Sequence record: DRR723986_8204
Length of the DNA stretch: 34,958 nucleotides
Strand: one strand, 5' to 3'
The notes beneath the pieces are model-generated. The model worked only from the letters and a program-made list of their open reading frames with translations, was not told the DNA's origin and did not search any database. The position numbers were made by a program, and so were the translations under genes. Positions 26,221 to 34,926 of this stretch are shown here, in pieces (position 1 is the stretch's first letter; each line of letters starts with the position of its first letter).

Positions 26221-26754
26221 ATGTTCATGAAATCGATACTACGCACCTTGACTGTCGCATCCACCGCATTGTTGATCGCAAGCGGCAGTGCCTATGCGGA
26301 TAAACCTGAAAAAGGCAACGGCAACCAGGGTAAAAACAAGGAAAGAGGAGAACAACGGGAGCACAAGGAAAACCGCAAAGGTGGTGGCAGCGAGAAGGGC
26401 AGCCGTTTCGACGGCCGGGATTCACGTCAAGACGGTGTATCTGTGTCCTTCAATTTTGGTAGCTCTGAAACCCGAATCGTGCGCGATTATTACGGTGGCC
26501 AGGTTGCCAAGGGCAAATGCCCGCCCGGATTGGCCAAGAAGGGCAACGGTTGCCAGCCCCCGGGGCAGGCCAAACAGTGGCAAAAAGGCCGAGCCTTGGG
26601 CAGCGATGTTCGCTATTACGACATTCCCAATGAGTTGCGCATTCGCCTGCCCGCACCACCTTTGAACCACAAATATGTTCAGTTGGGCACTGATCTGTTG
26701 TTGATCGCAGTAGGAACAGCCATCGTCGTGGATGCGGTTGACGGGATTTTCTGA
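26221..26754 (+). CDS. Secreted RcnB-like protein (CPPGLAKK family)
   Basis: Signal peptide, low-complexity charged region, CPPGLAKKGNGCQPPGQAK and LPAPP..HKYV..G.DLLL. Confidence 0.75.
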   Translation: MFMKSILRTLTVASTALLIASGSAYADKPEKGNGNQGKNKERGEQREHKENRKGGGSEKGSRFDGRDSRQDGVSVSFNFGSSETRIVRDYYGGQVAKGKCPPGLAKKGNGCQPPGQAKQWQKGRALGSDVRYYDIPNELRIRLPAPPLNHKYVQLGTDLLLIAVGTAIVVDAVDGIF

Positions 26755-26759
26755 TCCAG

Positions 26760-26795
26760 GACGAATCATCACGCCGGTGATTCGTCATTTATTCT
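26760..26795 (+). terminator. Probable intrinsic terminator
   Basis: GACGAATCA-N9-TGATTCGTC stem followed by ATTTATTCT, just after the stop at 26754. Confidence 0.55.
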
Positions 26796-26835
26796 TGCGC
26801 CAAGTGGAACAGTGAATTGCTGATCCATTTGCTTA

Positions 26836-26858
26836 TCTAGTTGCTAACAACAACTAGA
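26836..26858. promoter_or_regulatory. Palindromic operator candidate
   Basis: TCTAGTTG-N7-CAACTAGA perfect inverted repeat about 30 bp upstream of the hydrolase start. Confidence 0.55.
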
Positions 26859-26889
26859 CTGGCACCGACACTATTAATTGGGTGCCTCC

Positions 26890-27747
26890 ATGACAAACAA
26901 GATTGAAGTCTCGATTCCAGCCGTGGGGCAACCTTTGGCTGGAACATTTTTTCCCGCATCAAATGGCAACACTGACAAACCGTTGCTGATTTGCCCCGCA
27001 ACAGGGATTACCCAGAAATTTTATTTTCCGTTTGCCCGATGGTTGGCCCATCAGGGATTTTCTGTATTGGTGTTTGATTATCGAGGCATCGGAAAATCTT
27101 TGCAGGAGTCGCATGTCAAGCATTGCGAGGTGAAAAAGCAGGACTGGGGCTTGTATGACATGCCTGCAGCCCTGGATTTTCTGCTTGAACTCACTGGGCA
27201 GAACGGCGCGTACCTGGTCGGTCACAGCGCGGGTGGCCAACTGTTCGGTTTGATGCATAACCATGCCAAAGTGCGGGGCGTACTGGCGGTGGCTGCTTCT
27301 TCCGGGCATGTGAAAAACATTCGCAAAGACAAACGCAACGCTGCCAAGTTCATGCTGCGATGGGTGATCCCGATCAGCTCTGCCGTGTTGGGATATGTAC
27401 CCGCCAAGCGTTTGGGATGGGGTGAGAATTTACCGAAGGGGGTTGGCCTGCAATGGGCCAAATGGTGTTCCAGCCCTGGGTATGTGGAGAATGAATTTGG
27501 TGATGGTGTGCAGCAACACTGGTTTGAACAGTTCAAATCGCCAATTACTTTTGTGCATGCCAGTGATGACGAAATCGCAACCCTACCGAATGTTGAAGAC
27601 ATCATGCGCTTGTTCACCAAAGCCAGCAAGAAACGGCTTGAAATCAAACCCGAGACATTCAAACTTGGCAAAGTGGGGCACATTGATATTTTCAGGGAGC
27701 GGTGCAACAGCATTTGGCCACAAATTTTGGCAGAGTTGACTCCTTAG
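26890..27747 (+). CDS. Alpha/beta hydrolase (predicted, COG4757-like)
   Basis: ATG...FY..FA.WLA..G, FDYRGIG, nucleophile GHSAGGQ, DDEIA, GHIDIF. Confidence 0.85.
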   Translation: MTNKIEVSIPAVGQPLAGTFFPASNGNTDKPLLICPATGITQKFYFPFARWLAHQGFSVLVFDYRGIGKSLQESHVKHCEVKKQDWGLYDMPAALDFLLELTGQNGAYLVGHSAGGQLFGLMHNHAKVRGVLAVAASSGHVKNIRKDKRNAAKFMLRWVIPISSAVLGYVPAKRLGWGENLPKGVGLQWAKWCSSPGYVENEFGDGVQQHWFEQFKSPITFVHASDDEIATLPNVEDIMRLFTKASKKRLEIKPETFKLGKVGHIDIFRERCNSIWPQILAELTP

Positions 27748-27785
27748 GCTAAGATTAGCTGATCGAATTTCTGAGTACAAAACGC

Positions 27786-28277
27786 ATGAGGTTTTTCACA
27801 AATCATCCGGTCTTCAGATGCTGGCTGGTCATTTTTTGCATTGCCTTTTCAGCAAATACATTTGCCCGCGACATTGAGCCCAAGCCCATGCATTACGAAT
27901 TGCCAGACTGGTTCAAGCAAACTTTTCTTGAAATTCCAGCGGATATTCAAGATGCTCAAACCCGTGGAAAAAAGCTGCTTATTTTCTTTCACCTGGATGA
28001 CTGCCCGTACTGTGCTTATTTGCTTCAAGAGAACTTCTCGCAGGGCGCAAACCGCGAAAAAATCGAAAGTAAATTTGATGTGATCGCGATTAATGTACGC
28101 GGTGACTTGCCTGTGAACTGGATCGATGGAACGGTCTATTCTGAAAAACAGTTGGCTAGAAAGCTGGGTGTGTTTGCGACCCCTGCGGTACTCGTGATGG
28201 GACCCAAGCCCGAAGTGAGTAAAAAAATTATGGGTTACAAAAAGCCCGCAGTTTTTATGGAATTGTTGGGTTTTTAG
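27786..28277 (+). CDS. Periplasmic thioredoxin-fold protein (SoxW-like)
   Basis: Signal peptide, PDWFKQTFL, CPYC, SEKQLARKLGVFATP, GYKKP. Confidence 0.8.
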   Translation: MRFFTNHPVFRCWLVIFCIAFSANTFARDIEPKPMHYELPDWFKQTFLEIPADIQDAQTRGKKLLIFFHLDDCPYCAYLLQENFSQGANREKIESKFDVIAINVRGDLPVNWIDGTVYSEKQLARKLGVFATPAVLVMGPKPEVSKKIMGYKKPAVFMELLGF

Positions 28278-28864
28278 GAAACAGCGGATATGTGGAACCC
28301 AAATTGGTAGGCGCTCTCCAGCCATTTCTCACGAGTGCTCGCTTTCGAGTTTTTTACTGGGCCAAAGCTGGTAATTTCCACTGGTTTGATTCCACAGAAT
28401 TCCAGAATGGTCCGTTTCATTTGGTTGTGCCCGGTCATGCGATACACCAGCCGGTAGTACCAGGGTGGTGTGTCCATGGTTGCGATCAGGTGTGCAGTTC
28501 GTTGCTTTAAAAGGCCATCGACCATCAATGCGTCTTTCTTAAACTTGAATGCAAATCCGGGCAGGAATATTCGATCAAAGAAGCCTTTAAGAATGGCCGG
28601 AATGGAACCCCACCAAATTGGATAAACAAACACAAGGTGCTCAGCCCAGGCAATCGATTCTTGTGCAGCAACAAGGTCTGGTTCAAGCGGCTGAATGGTG
28701 TTGTAACCATCGCGCAGTATTGGATCAAAATCCAGTTGTCCAAGGCTGAGCAAGCGAACATCTCGACCTGCTGCCTGCGCTCCACTTTGGTAGGCCTCTG
28801 CGATGGCACCGCACAAGCTGGCCTCAGCTGGGTGACCAAGAATAATCAAGATGCGTTGGCGCAT
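28274..28864 (-). CDS. Flavodoxin-fold NAD(P)H-dependent (quinone) oxidoreductase
   Basis: ILGHP..SLCGA, FDP.L, YPIWWGSIPAILKGFFDR and TMDTP.WYY. Confidence 0.9.
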   Translation of the reverse strand: MRQRILIILGHPAEASLCGAIAEAYQSGAQAAGRDVRLLSLGQLDFDPILRDGYNTIQPLEPDLVAAQESIAWAEHLVFVYPIWWGSIPAILKGFFDRIFLPGFAFKFKKDALMVDGLLKQRTAHLIATMDTPPWYYRLVYRMTGHNQMKRTILEFCGIKPVEITSFGPVKNSKASTREKWLESAYQFGFHISAVS

Positions 28865-28893
28865 GGCAGGCTCCTTTTTGTTGAATCACAAAA

Positions 28894-28925
28894 AGTCTAA
28901 AGCTTGCCCTTAGGGGAAGAGTCAA
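28894..28925 (-). promoter_or_regulatory. MerR-type promoter/operator embedded in the 3' end of the merR gene
   Basis: Minus strand TTGACT-N20-TAGACT with dyad CTTCCCCT-A-AGGGCAAG (7/8 match) in the long spacer. Confidence 0.7.
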
Positions 28926-29298
28926 CAGGGAGCTCGCAGTTCATTAGTTCCGGGGAGTGAAGCAATTCATGTTCTAGTTGATTTAGCAAAAGCAGTTGAG
29001 CTTGTGCTGTTTCGATCTGCGAATGAATAACTGATCGTTTCAATTCAATTTGCTCCAGCATCAGTGCCATGCTTGAACGGGGATCGTTGTTGTTGCTCGC
29101 TAAAGCGTCGACGAGTTCCTTGAGTTTAAAGCCCAAGGTTTGTGCGCAACGAATGGTTTGGATTTGCGTTACTGCAGCCGCTGGATAAATACGGTAGCTG
29201 CCTTTGCGTGTTGGCTTTGGGATTAATCCCATTTGTTCGTAAAGGTAAATTGCCTTGCGTGAGGCACCAGACTTTCTAGAGAGTTCGCCGATATACAT
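28897..29298 (-). CDS. MerR-family transcriptional regulator
   Basis: MYIGELSRKSGASRKAIYLYEQMGLI.P.RKGSYR.Y and AQTLGFKLKE. Confidence 0.92.
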   Translation of the reverse strand: MYIGELSRKSGASRKAIYLYEQMGLIPKPTRKGSYRIYPAAAVTQIQTIRCAQTLGFKLKELVDALASNNNDPRSSMALMLEQIELKRSVIHSQIETAQAQLLLLNQLEHELLHSPELMNCELPVDSSPKGKL

Positions 29299-29356
29299 TG
29301 TTTACGCCCATTCGCGGAGCCAGTTTATTTTCAGAGGATTGCCTAAAACATTTCAT

Positions 29357-29380
29357 ATTGTTATCATTATTGATAATAAT
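29357..29380. promoter_or_regulatory. AT-rich palindromic operator between merR and the HTH gene
   Basis: ATTGTTATCA-TTAT-TGATAATAAT (9/10 inverted repeat) 20 bp upstream of the ATG at 29401. Confidence 0.55.
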
Positions 29381-29400
29381 TTATTCCAAGAAGTAAATGA

Positions 29401-29907
29401 ATGACTAATCTCCAAGTGGCGCTGCATCCTGTGCGGATGAAAATCCTCTCGTATCTTTTCGCTGGGTCTTCGACTCCTCAGCAAATCCACAAGGACCTAC
29501 CCGAAATTGCGCCGGCTACCCTGTATCGTCATATCAAAGCATTGTTGGACGCCGGTTTGATTGAGGTAGAACAGGAAAATCAGAAGCGTGGTGCCACCGA
29601 GGTGACCTATCGCATATCTCGTGCGACAGCCCAAGCAAACCCATCTTCGGACGAACTCAAAAAGCTTTTCAATCTTTACCTGGCCGGGGTCTTGAACAGC
29701 TTTGACAGGTTTCTGGATTCGAACCAGGAAAAAGAGAGTTATCGACATGGGTTCAGCAAAGCGATTTTCTATGCCACCCCAAATCAACTGGATGAATTTC
29801 AGAAGAAAGTGCTGGAGGCGATTACGCCGTTGCTGAAGCCGACGGGGCAGCCAGATCAAATGGCTTACGAGCTGTCCACAATTTTGCTACCGGTGGTTGA
29901 AGAATAA
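29401..29907 (+). CDS. ArsR-like winged-helix regulator (HTH_20)
   Basis: LHPVRMKIL, ATLYRHIKALLDAGLI and RGATEVTY. Confidence 0.85.
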   Translation: MTNLQVALHPVRMKILSYLFAGSSTPQQIHKDLPEIAPATLYRHIKALLDAGLIEVEQENQKRGATEVTYRISRATAQANPSSDELKKLFNLYLAGVLNSFDRFLDSNQEKESYRHGFSKAIFYATPNQLDEFQKKVLEAITPLLKPTGQPDQMAYELSTILLPVVEE

Positions 29908-30686
29908 TGGTGATCATCTTCAATGTTTTGTCGATGTTGGCACTGTGTGCAGTCGGTCTTTGTCTGATTGTTCAGCTCAATCGTCGATTGCCGTCCGGAT
30001 CCACACCCTATTGGCTAGGTGCCATGGCGTTCGTGTTGTTTGCCAGAGTGTTAGAGCCTGTTTTTTTGAGCTCGGCAGGGTTTGCTTTACCTGGGCAGTC
30101 CGTAAGTACCCAGCAGGCCTTGGTCGGACTAGTCTTGGCTTGTCTTACTGCGGGTCTTTTTGAGGAGACCGGGAAATACATTTGTTTGAAAGTTAGAAGC
30201 GTGCGCAGCAATTTGGACCTTCCGTGGTTGGCCAAGTTCGCCGTGGGCTATGCCCTGTGCGAGGCAGTGCTTCTCGGGTTGATCAGCCATGCTCAACTGC
30301 TTTATTTTTACTCCAGTCCGGAAGTGCTTCAGGCACTGGATCTTGATTCCTCCGCGCAGATGCTCATCAAGAAACAAGTGGCAAACTTGACTGAGTGGAC
30401 CGCCTTGTTTTTATTTGTCGAGCGCATTTTCGCCATCGTGATACAAGTTGGTTTGACTTTTATCGGAGCTCTGGCTGCGGCAAAAAGGCAGCTTGCCTGG
30501 CTTATGGCGGCCATATTGATTCACGCCTTGATCAACATTCCTGCTGCAAGTTATCAGTATGGATTTCTTGCGGCAGAGCATGGTGAAATGATTTACGCGC
30601 TACTGCTGCTTATCGCGCTTTATTGCATTTGGAGAGGTGGTGCGTTTATTGTGGTGCGCTTGCGTGCTGCGCTATCAGATGAGTGA
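29907..30686 (+). CDS. YhfC-family intramembrane glutamic/metalloprotease (PrsW/CPBP-related)
   Basis: Multi-TM; AGLFEETGKY, ERIFAI and AILIHALIN motifs; TAATG coupling to the upstream gene. Confidence 0.8.
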   Translation: MVIIFNVLSMLALCAVGLCLIVQLNRRLPSGSTPYWLGAMAFVLFARVLEPVFLSSAGFALPGQSVSTQQALVGLVLACLTAGLFEETGKYICLKVRSVRSNLDLPWLAKFAVGYALCEAVLLGLISHAQLLYFYSSPEVLQALDLDSSAQMLIKKQVANLTEWTALFLFVERIFAIVIQVGLTFIGALAAAKRQLAWLMAAILIHALINIPAASYQYGFLAAEHGEMIYALLLLIALYCIWRGGAFIVVRLRAALSDE

Positions 30687-31551
30687 TCCACTCGATAAAA
30701 ACCCGAAGCTGTTTGCTGGCATATCTGTTGGGAGAATAAGCCACATACAAAGGCATCGAATCGAATTGCCAGTCTGAGAAAAGCCGCACCAGTTCGCCGT
30801 TTTTGATGTGTCGTTTGGCCATGTACTCAGGCAACCACTGCACGCCTAATCCAGCCAAACCCGCTGTCAGGTAGGCGTTGCCATCATCTATTTCCAGCAC
30901 GGAGCGTCCTTGTAACCTTGCGTCTACTCCATCTTTACGCAATCCATATGGCAATTCATTTGCCCAGCGATAACGGATAATTCGATGGTCAGATTCAATT
31001 AGTTCATGCGGATGCAAAGGTGTTCCTGATTGCTTTAAGTAAGATGGCGCAGCGTAAACACCCAACTGCAAATTACCAACGTGACGTGCTATCAAAGCAC
31101 CATCTGTAATCTCACCACCTCTGACCACACAATCGACGTTATCGCTGATCAAATCTACTTTTCTGTCACTGGCTCCCAATTCAAGTTGAATGTCTGGAAA
31201 ACGTGCGTAGAAATCTGGCAGTGCCGGCACCAGAACGATGTTGGCGAAAGGGCTTGGAACATCCACACGGAGCAGGCCACGGGGAGAACCAGGAGAACCA
31301 GGCAGGTTGTGTTCGATGTCTTCGAGTTCATTCAGCAACTTGACCACACGCTCAAAGTAGGCTGCACCATCTTTGGTTACGTTCACTTTGCGGGTGGTAC
31401 GGTTCAGTAGCTTGATGCGCAGGTGTGCTTCCAATTGCTGAATTGATTGGGTCACAGTGGCTCTACTTATGTCCAAGGTTTCGGCCGCCTTTGTAAAACT
31501 GCCTGCCTCCACCACGCGTACAAAAACCCTCATGCAATCAAATCGGTCCAC
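30646..31551 (-). CDS. LysR-family transcriptional regulator
   Basis: FVRVVEAGSFTKAA...LE..L.IKLLNRTTR HTH plus a CrgA-like substrate domain; GTG start. Confidence 0.95.
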   Translation of the reverse strand: MDRFDCMRVFVRVVEAGSFTKAAETLDISRATVTQSIQQLEAHLRIKLLNRTTRKVNVTKDGAAYFERVVKLLNELEDIEHNLPGSPGSPRGLLRVDVPSPFANIVLVPALPDFYARFPDIQLELGASDRKVDLISDNVDCVVRGGEITDGALIARHVGNLQLGVYAAPSYLKQSGTPLHPHELIESDHRIIRYRWANELPYGLRKDGVDARLQGRSVLEIDDGNAYLTAGLAGLGVQWLPEYMAKRHIKNGELVRLFSDWQFDSMPLYVAYSPNRYASKQLRVFIEWITHLIAQHASAPQ

Positions 31552-31668
31552 TCGCTTCTCCGAATAATTGTTTGAAATATTTAAATAGTGTTGCTGTTAT
31601 TTAGCAATTTATTCAAACAAAAATATCTCTTAAATTTCCGTTACCAATCAACTTTCGAGGTAACACCG

Positions 31669-32070
31669 ATGACCACACGCCAAGCAATTTTTCCAGCTGA
31701 TCGCCATGAGTTGTATAAGCTACACCGCTATTCTGCTGCGATTAAATCTGGTGATCTTCTGTTTGTGTCGGGGCAAGTCGGAAGCCTTGGCGATGGCTCA
31801 CCAGAGCCAAATTTTGAAGCTCAGGTTCGCTTGGCATTCGCCAATCTTGAGGCAACGTTGAAAGCTGGCGGATGTTCGCTGAACGACATCGTCGACGTAA
31901 CCACCTTTCAAACCGATCCAGAGAATCAATTTCCCACAATCCTGAAGGTCAAGGATGAAGTATTTCCCGAATCTCCTTATCCGAACTGGACCGCATTGGG
32001 AGTGAGCTGGCTTGCCGGCTTCGACTTCGAAATCAAAGTGATTGCTCGAGTCGCTAAAAAAGCCACGTAA
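31669..32070 (+). CDS. RidA/YjgF-family protein
   Basis: YSAAIKSGDLLFVSGQVG, PYPNWTALGV and FEIKVIA; divergent from lysR. Confidence 0.9.
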   Translation: MTTRQAIFPADRHELYKLHRYSAAIKSGDLLFVSGQVGSLGDGSPEPNFEAQVRLAFANLEATLKAGGCSLNDIVDVTTFQTDPENQFPTILKVKDEVFPESPYPNWTALGVSWLAGFDFEIKVIARVAKKAT

Positions 32071-32089
32071 GCAGATTGCAATCATTCAC

Positions 32090-32689
32090 TCAAGTTGCTC
32101 CCACCTTTTTTCTGAACTGGGCAGCTTTGTGTCGATTTCCGCAAGATGCCATGCTGCACCAGCGACGCTTATGCGATTTTGTTCGGTCGTAGAACCAAAG
32201 AATGCATTCAGGATGAGCGCATTTTTTAACAAGATCGAGCTCGCCATCGGTCAGCAATTGCGCGACTGCTTCAGCCACTGGCCCCAGCAAATTAGCAACA
32301 GGATCGGCTTTGGCAACTCGGGTCAATACAAGTCTACCGGCGTCGGTTGGTATCACCTGTGGGGCGCTGAGGTAAGCATCAAGAAACTTGTTCAGCGGCT
32401 GCACATCGCCCATCTGTCCATTCTTCCATTGTTCAATCAGCTGACGAGCGAGTGCTCGAAGTTCTCTCGCCTGCCTGAGTAATGTCTGTTTCTCTGCTGC
32501 CGCGATGGACGCGCTCGCCAACAAACCACATCGCTCAAGCCATGCGTGAACATCCTCATCACTTCGCCATAAATCCACTGACTCATTGCCAACTCGCATT
32601 TCTGTGTTCAGTAAGTCCAGAGCCAGGTGGTCACCCACCATTGGGATCTCTCCTGGATTGTTGCTTATCGACGTTTCAGTCTTTTCCAT
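32090..32689 (-). CDS. ABATE/CGNR zinc-finger domain protein
   Basis: LALDLLNT N-terminal ABATE motif; C...C..WFYDRTKSHKRRWCSMASCGNR.K. Confidence 0.93.
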   Translation of the reverse strand: MEKTETSISNNPGEIPMVGDHLALDLLNTEMRVGNESVDLWRSDEDVHAWLERCGLLASASIAAAEKQTLLRQARELRALARQLIEQWKNGQMGDVQPLNKFLDAYLSAPQVIPTDAGRLVLTRVAKADPVANLLGPVAEAVAQLLTDGELDLVKKCAHPECILWFYDRTKSHKRRWCSMASCGNRHKAAQFRKKVGAT

Positions 32690-32781
32690 AAGTAACCGCT
32701 AAAAAATAGTTTGACAGGTTACTTTTTTTGGAAGACACTTCCGTGCAAGTAACCGTATAAATCAAATTATACAGGTTATTT
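32690..32781. promoter_or_regulatory. Two tandem AAGTAACCG-N16-CAGGTTAYTT operator-like sites
   Basis: Copies at 32690-32724 and 32747-32781 have identical spacing, each a TAACC-N19-GGTTA inverted repeat, in the divergent CGNR/hydrolase intergenic region. Confidence 0.75.
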
Positions 32782-32825
32782 CAAACAAGCAGCTGATCAT
32801 TTAATTTTTATGACGAGGAATAGCC

Positions 32826-33818
32826 ATGACTAGTATTAATGCAATGCTGGCCGCAACCACGCTGGCCACTGTAACCTTCGCCGCCAGTGCAGCACCTCCC
32901 ACAGAGCAGGTTCATCACCGGTCTGTGAATATTCAGGATGTTGATGTGTTTTACAGAGAGGCCGGGCCTGAAACTGCACCCAAAGTTTTGTTGTTGCACG
33001 GATTCGGCGCGTCTTCCTACATGTTTCGTGAGCTCATCCCGCAACTAGCAGAGAAGTATCATGTCATTGCCCCTGATCTTCCTGGTTTTGGTCAAACCAA
33101 TGTTCTGCCGGGCAAGTCATTTACCTACAGCTTCGACAACCTGGCTTCGGTAATTGATGCTTTTACAGTCGCTAAGGGCATGGATCGTTACGCGATGTAT
33201 GTATTCGATTACGGTGCCCCCGTTGGCTGGCGTCTTGCCGTGAAAAATCCGCAAAAGATTACAGCGATCGTAAGCCAGAATGGAAACGCTTATGAAGAGG
33301 GTTTGAGCGAGGGTTGGGCCGATATGCGCAAGGCTTGGGCCAATCCAACGCCAGCCAATCGGGAGGCACTGCGTCGCTTCAACACATACGAGATGATCAA
33401 GTGGCAGTACACAGAGGGTGTGAAAGACACTTCACTGGTGGCTCCCGAAACCTACCAGCTGGCACATGCTGCGGTGGAACGTATCGGTGTCGAAGCCCAA
33501 ATGGACCTTTTGCTTGATTATGGTCAAAACATCAAACAATACGGCGCGCTGCACGACTTCTTCCGCCGCTATCAGCCACCCACATTGGCAATTTGGGGTG
33601 CCAATGATCCATTTTTTATCCCGGCCGGTGCAAACGCTTACAAGCGCGACAATCCCAAGGCGGAAGTTCAGTTTCTCGACACTGGTCATTTCGCAATCGA
33701 AACGCATGGCAAGGAAATCGCTGATGCGATGGTTGAGTTTCTTGATCGAAGCGTTCAGCGCCCGATGACCTCGCTCGATGGGAAAAATCTGGCTCAGTGC
33801 AACGTGGGAGATCAATAA
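32826..33818 (+). CDS. Alpha/beta hydrolase, epoxide hydrolase/dehalogenase-like
   Basis: [15 protein letters not shown], nucleophile Asp in [22 protein letters not shown]-terminal signal-like stretch. Confidence 0.88.
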   Translation: MTSINAMLAATTLATVTFAASAAPPTEQVHHRSVNIQDVDVFYREAGPETAPKVLLLHGFGASSYMFRELIPQLAEKYHVIAPDLPGFGQTNVLPGKSFTYSFDNLASVIDAFTVAKGMDRYAMYVFDYGAPVGWRLAVKNPQKITAIVSQNGNAYEEGLSEGWADMRKAWANPTPANREALRRFNTYEMIKWQYTEGVKDTSLVAPETYQLAHAAVERIGVEAQMDLLLDYGQNIKQYGALHDFFRRYQPPTLAIWGANDPFFIPAGANAYKRDNPKAEVQFLDTGHFAIETHGKEIADAMVEFLDRSVQRPMTSLDGKNLAQCNVGDQ

Positions 33819-34771
33819 TGAATGCATTCAAAAACTTTTTAGCAATCTTTTCAACTGCCGTATTTTCAGCAACTGTGAATGCCGCTCAACCTGCCAATCC
33901 GGTAGGCAACCTCCAAGGTAAGAGCAGCTTTGTTCAATCCGCCAGCACGATCGTCACCAAAGACAATGTGCAGCTTTATTACAAGGACTGGGGTCCTCGC
34001 GATGGTCAGCCAGTGGTTTTCAGTCACGGCTGGCCGCTGAATTCCGACAGTTGGGAATCGCAAATGATGTTTCTGGCCAGCAATGGATACAGGGTTGTTG
34101 CCCATGACAGGCGCGGCCATGGTCGATCCAGCCAACCTTGGCATGGCAATGACATGGATCATTATGCCGATGACTTGTCGGCCGTAATCGAAGCCCTGAA
34201 CTTGAAGCGTGTCACACTGGTAGGGTTCTCAACAGGCGGTGGTGAAGTGGCTCGCTACATTGGGCGGCACGGCACCAAACGCGTTGAAAAGGCCGTGTTG
34301 GTGGCAGCGGTTCCGCCGCTGATGTTGAAAACTGAAAGCAATCCCGGTGGCCTTCCGATCAGCGTGTTTGACGGGCTTCGACAAGCATCGCTGGAAAACC
34401 GTTCGCAGTTGTATCTGGATATTGCGTCGGGGCCATTCTTTGGTTTCAATCGCGAAGGCGCAAAACCCTCACAAGGGCTGATCCAGTCATTCTGGGTTCA
34501 GGGCATGCAGGCAGGTCACAAGAACACCTATGACTCGATCGCTGCATTTTCTGCGACAGACTTCCGCGAAGACCTGAAGAAATTCAATGTTCCCACATTG
34601 ATCATTCACGGCGATGACGATCAAATCGTTCCTTTGGACGCATCGGCCAAAGCATCTGCAGCGCAAATCAAAGGTTCCACCTTGATTGTTTACTCAGGTG
34701 CTCCCCATGGCTTGGCTGACACTCACAAAGATCGCTTGAATCAGGATCTACTTAATTTTCTGAATCGTTGA
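33818..34771 (+). CDS. Non-heme chloroperoxidase/perhydrolase-like alpha/beta hydrolase
   Basis: [54 protein letters not shown] coupling. Confidence 0.92.
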   Translation: MNAFKNFLAIFSTAVFSATVNAAQPANPVGNLQGKSSFVQSASTIVTKDNVQLYYKDWGPRDGQPVVFSHGWPLNSDSWESQMMFLASNGYRVVAHDRRGHGRSSQPWHGNDMDHYADDLSAVIEALNLKRVTLVGFSTGGGEVARYIGRHGTKRVEKAVLVAAVPPLMLKTESNPGGLPISVFDGLRQASLENRSQLYLDIASGPFFGFNREGAKPSQGLIQSFWVQGMQAGHKNTYDSIAAFSATDFREDLKKFNVPTLIIHGDDDQIVPLDASAKASAAQIKGSTLIVYSGAPHGLADTHKDRLNQDLLNFLNR

Positions 34772-34879
34772 GGGTACATCAACTATGATTTAAATCCATC
34801 AATCAATTAATTGGATTCGACTAAATTGATGTGACATAGACCTTGGCATTCGCTTTGAATTGATAAAGTCTGACACCGG

Positions 34880-34912
34880 AAAAATAAAAAGCCAATCACC
34901 GAAATGATTGGC
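34880..34912 (-). terminator. Intrinsic terminator downstream of the tRNA
   Basis: GCCAATCA-N6-TGATTGGC stem (34891-34912) followed on the minus strand by a T-rich run. Confidence 0.75.
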
Positions 34913-34926
34913 CTTTCTTCTATGTT

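Noticed and set aside
27786-28277. sox sulfur-oxidation cluster
   Set aside because: Only a lone SoxW-like thioredoxin is present; no other sox genes are in the window.
31568-31620. TTGTTTGAA...TTCAAACAA inverted repeat between lysR and ridA
   Set aside because: Consistent with ordinary LysR binding sites in a divergent promoter; not unusual.
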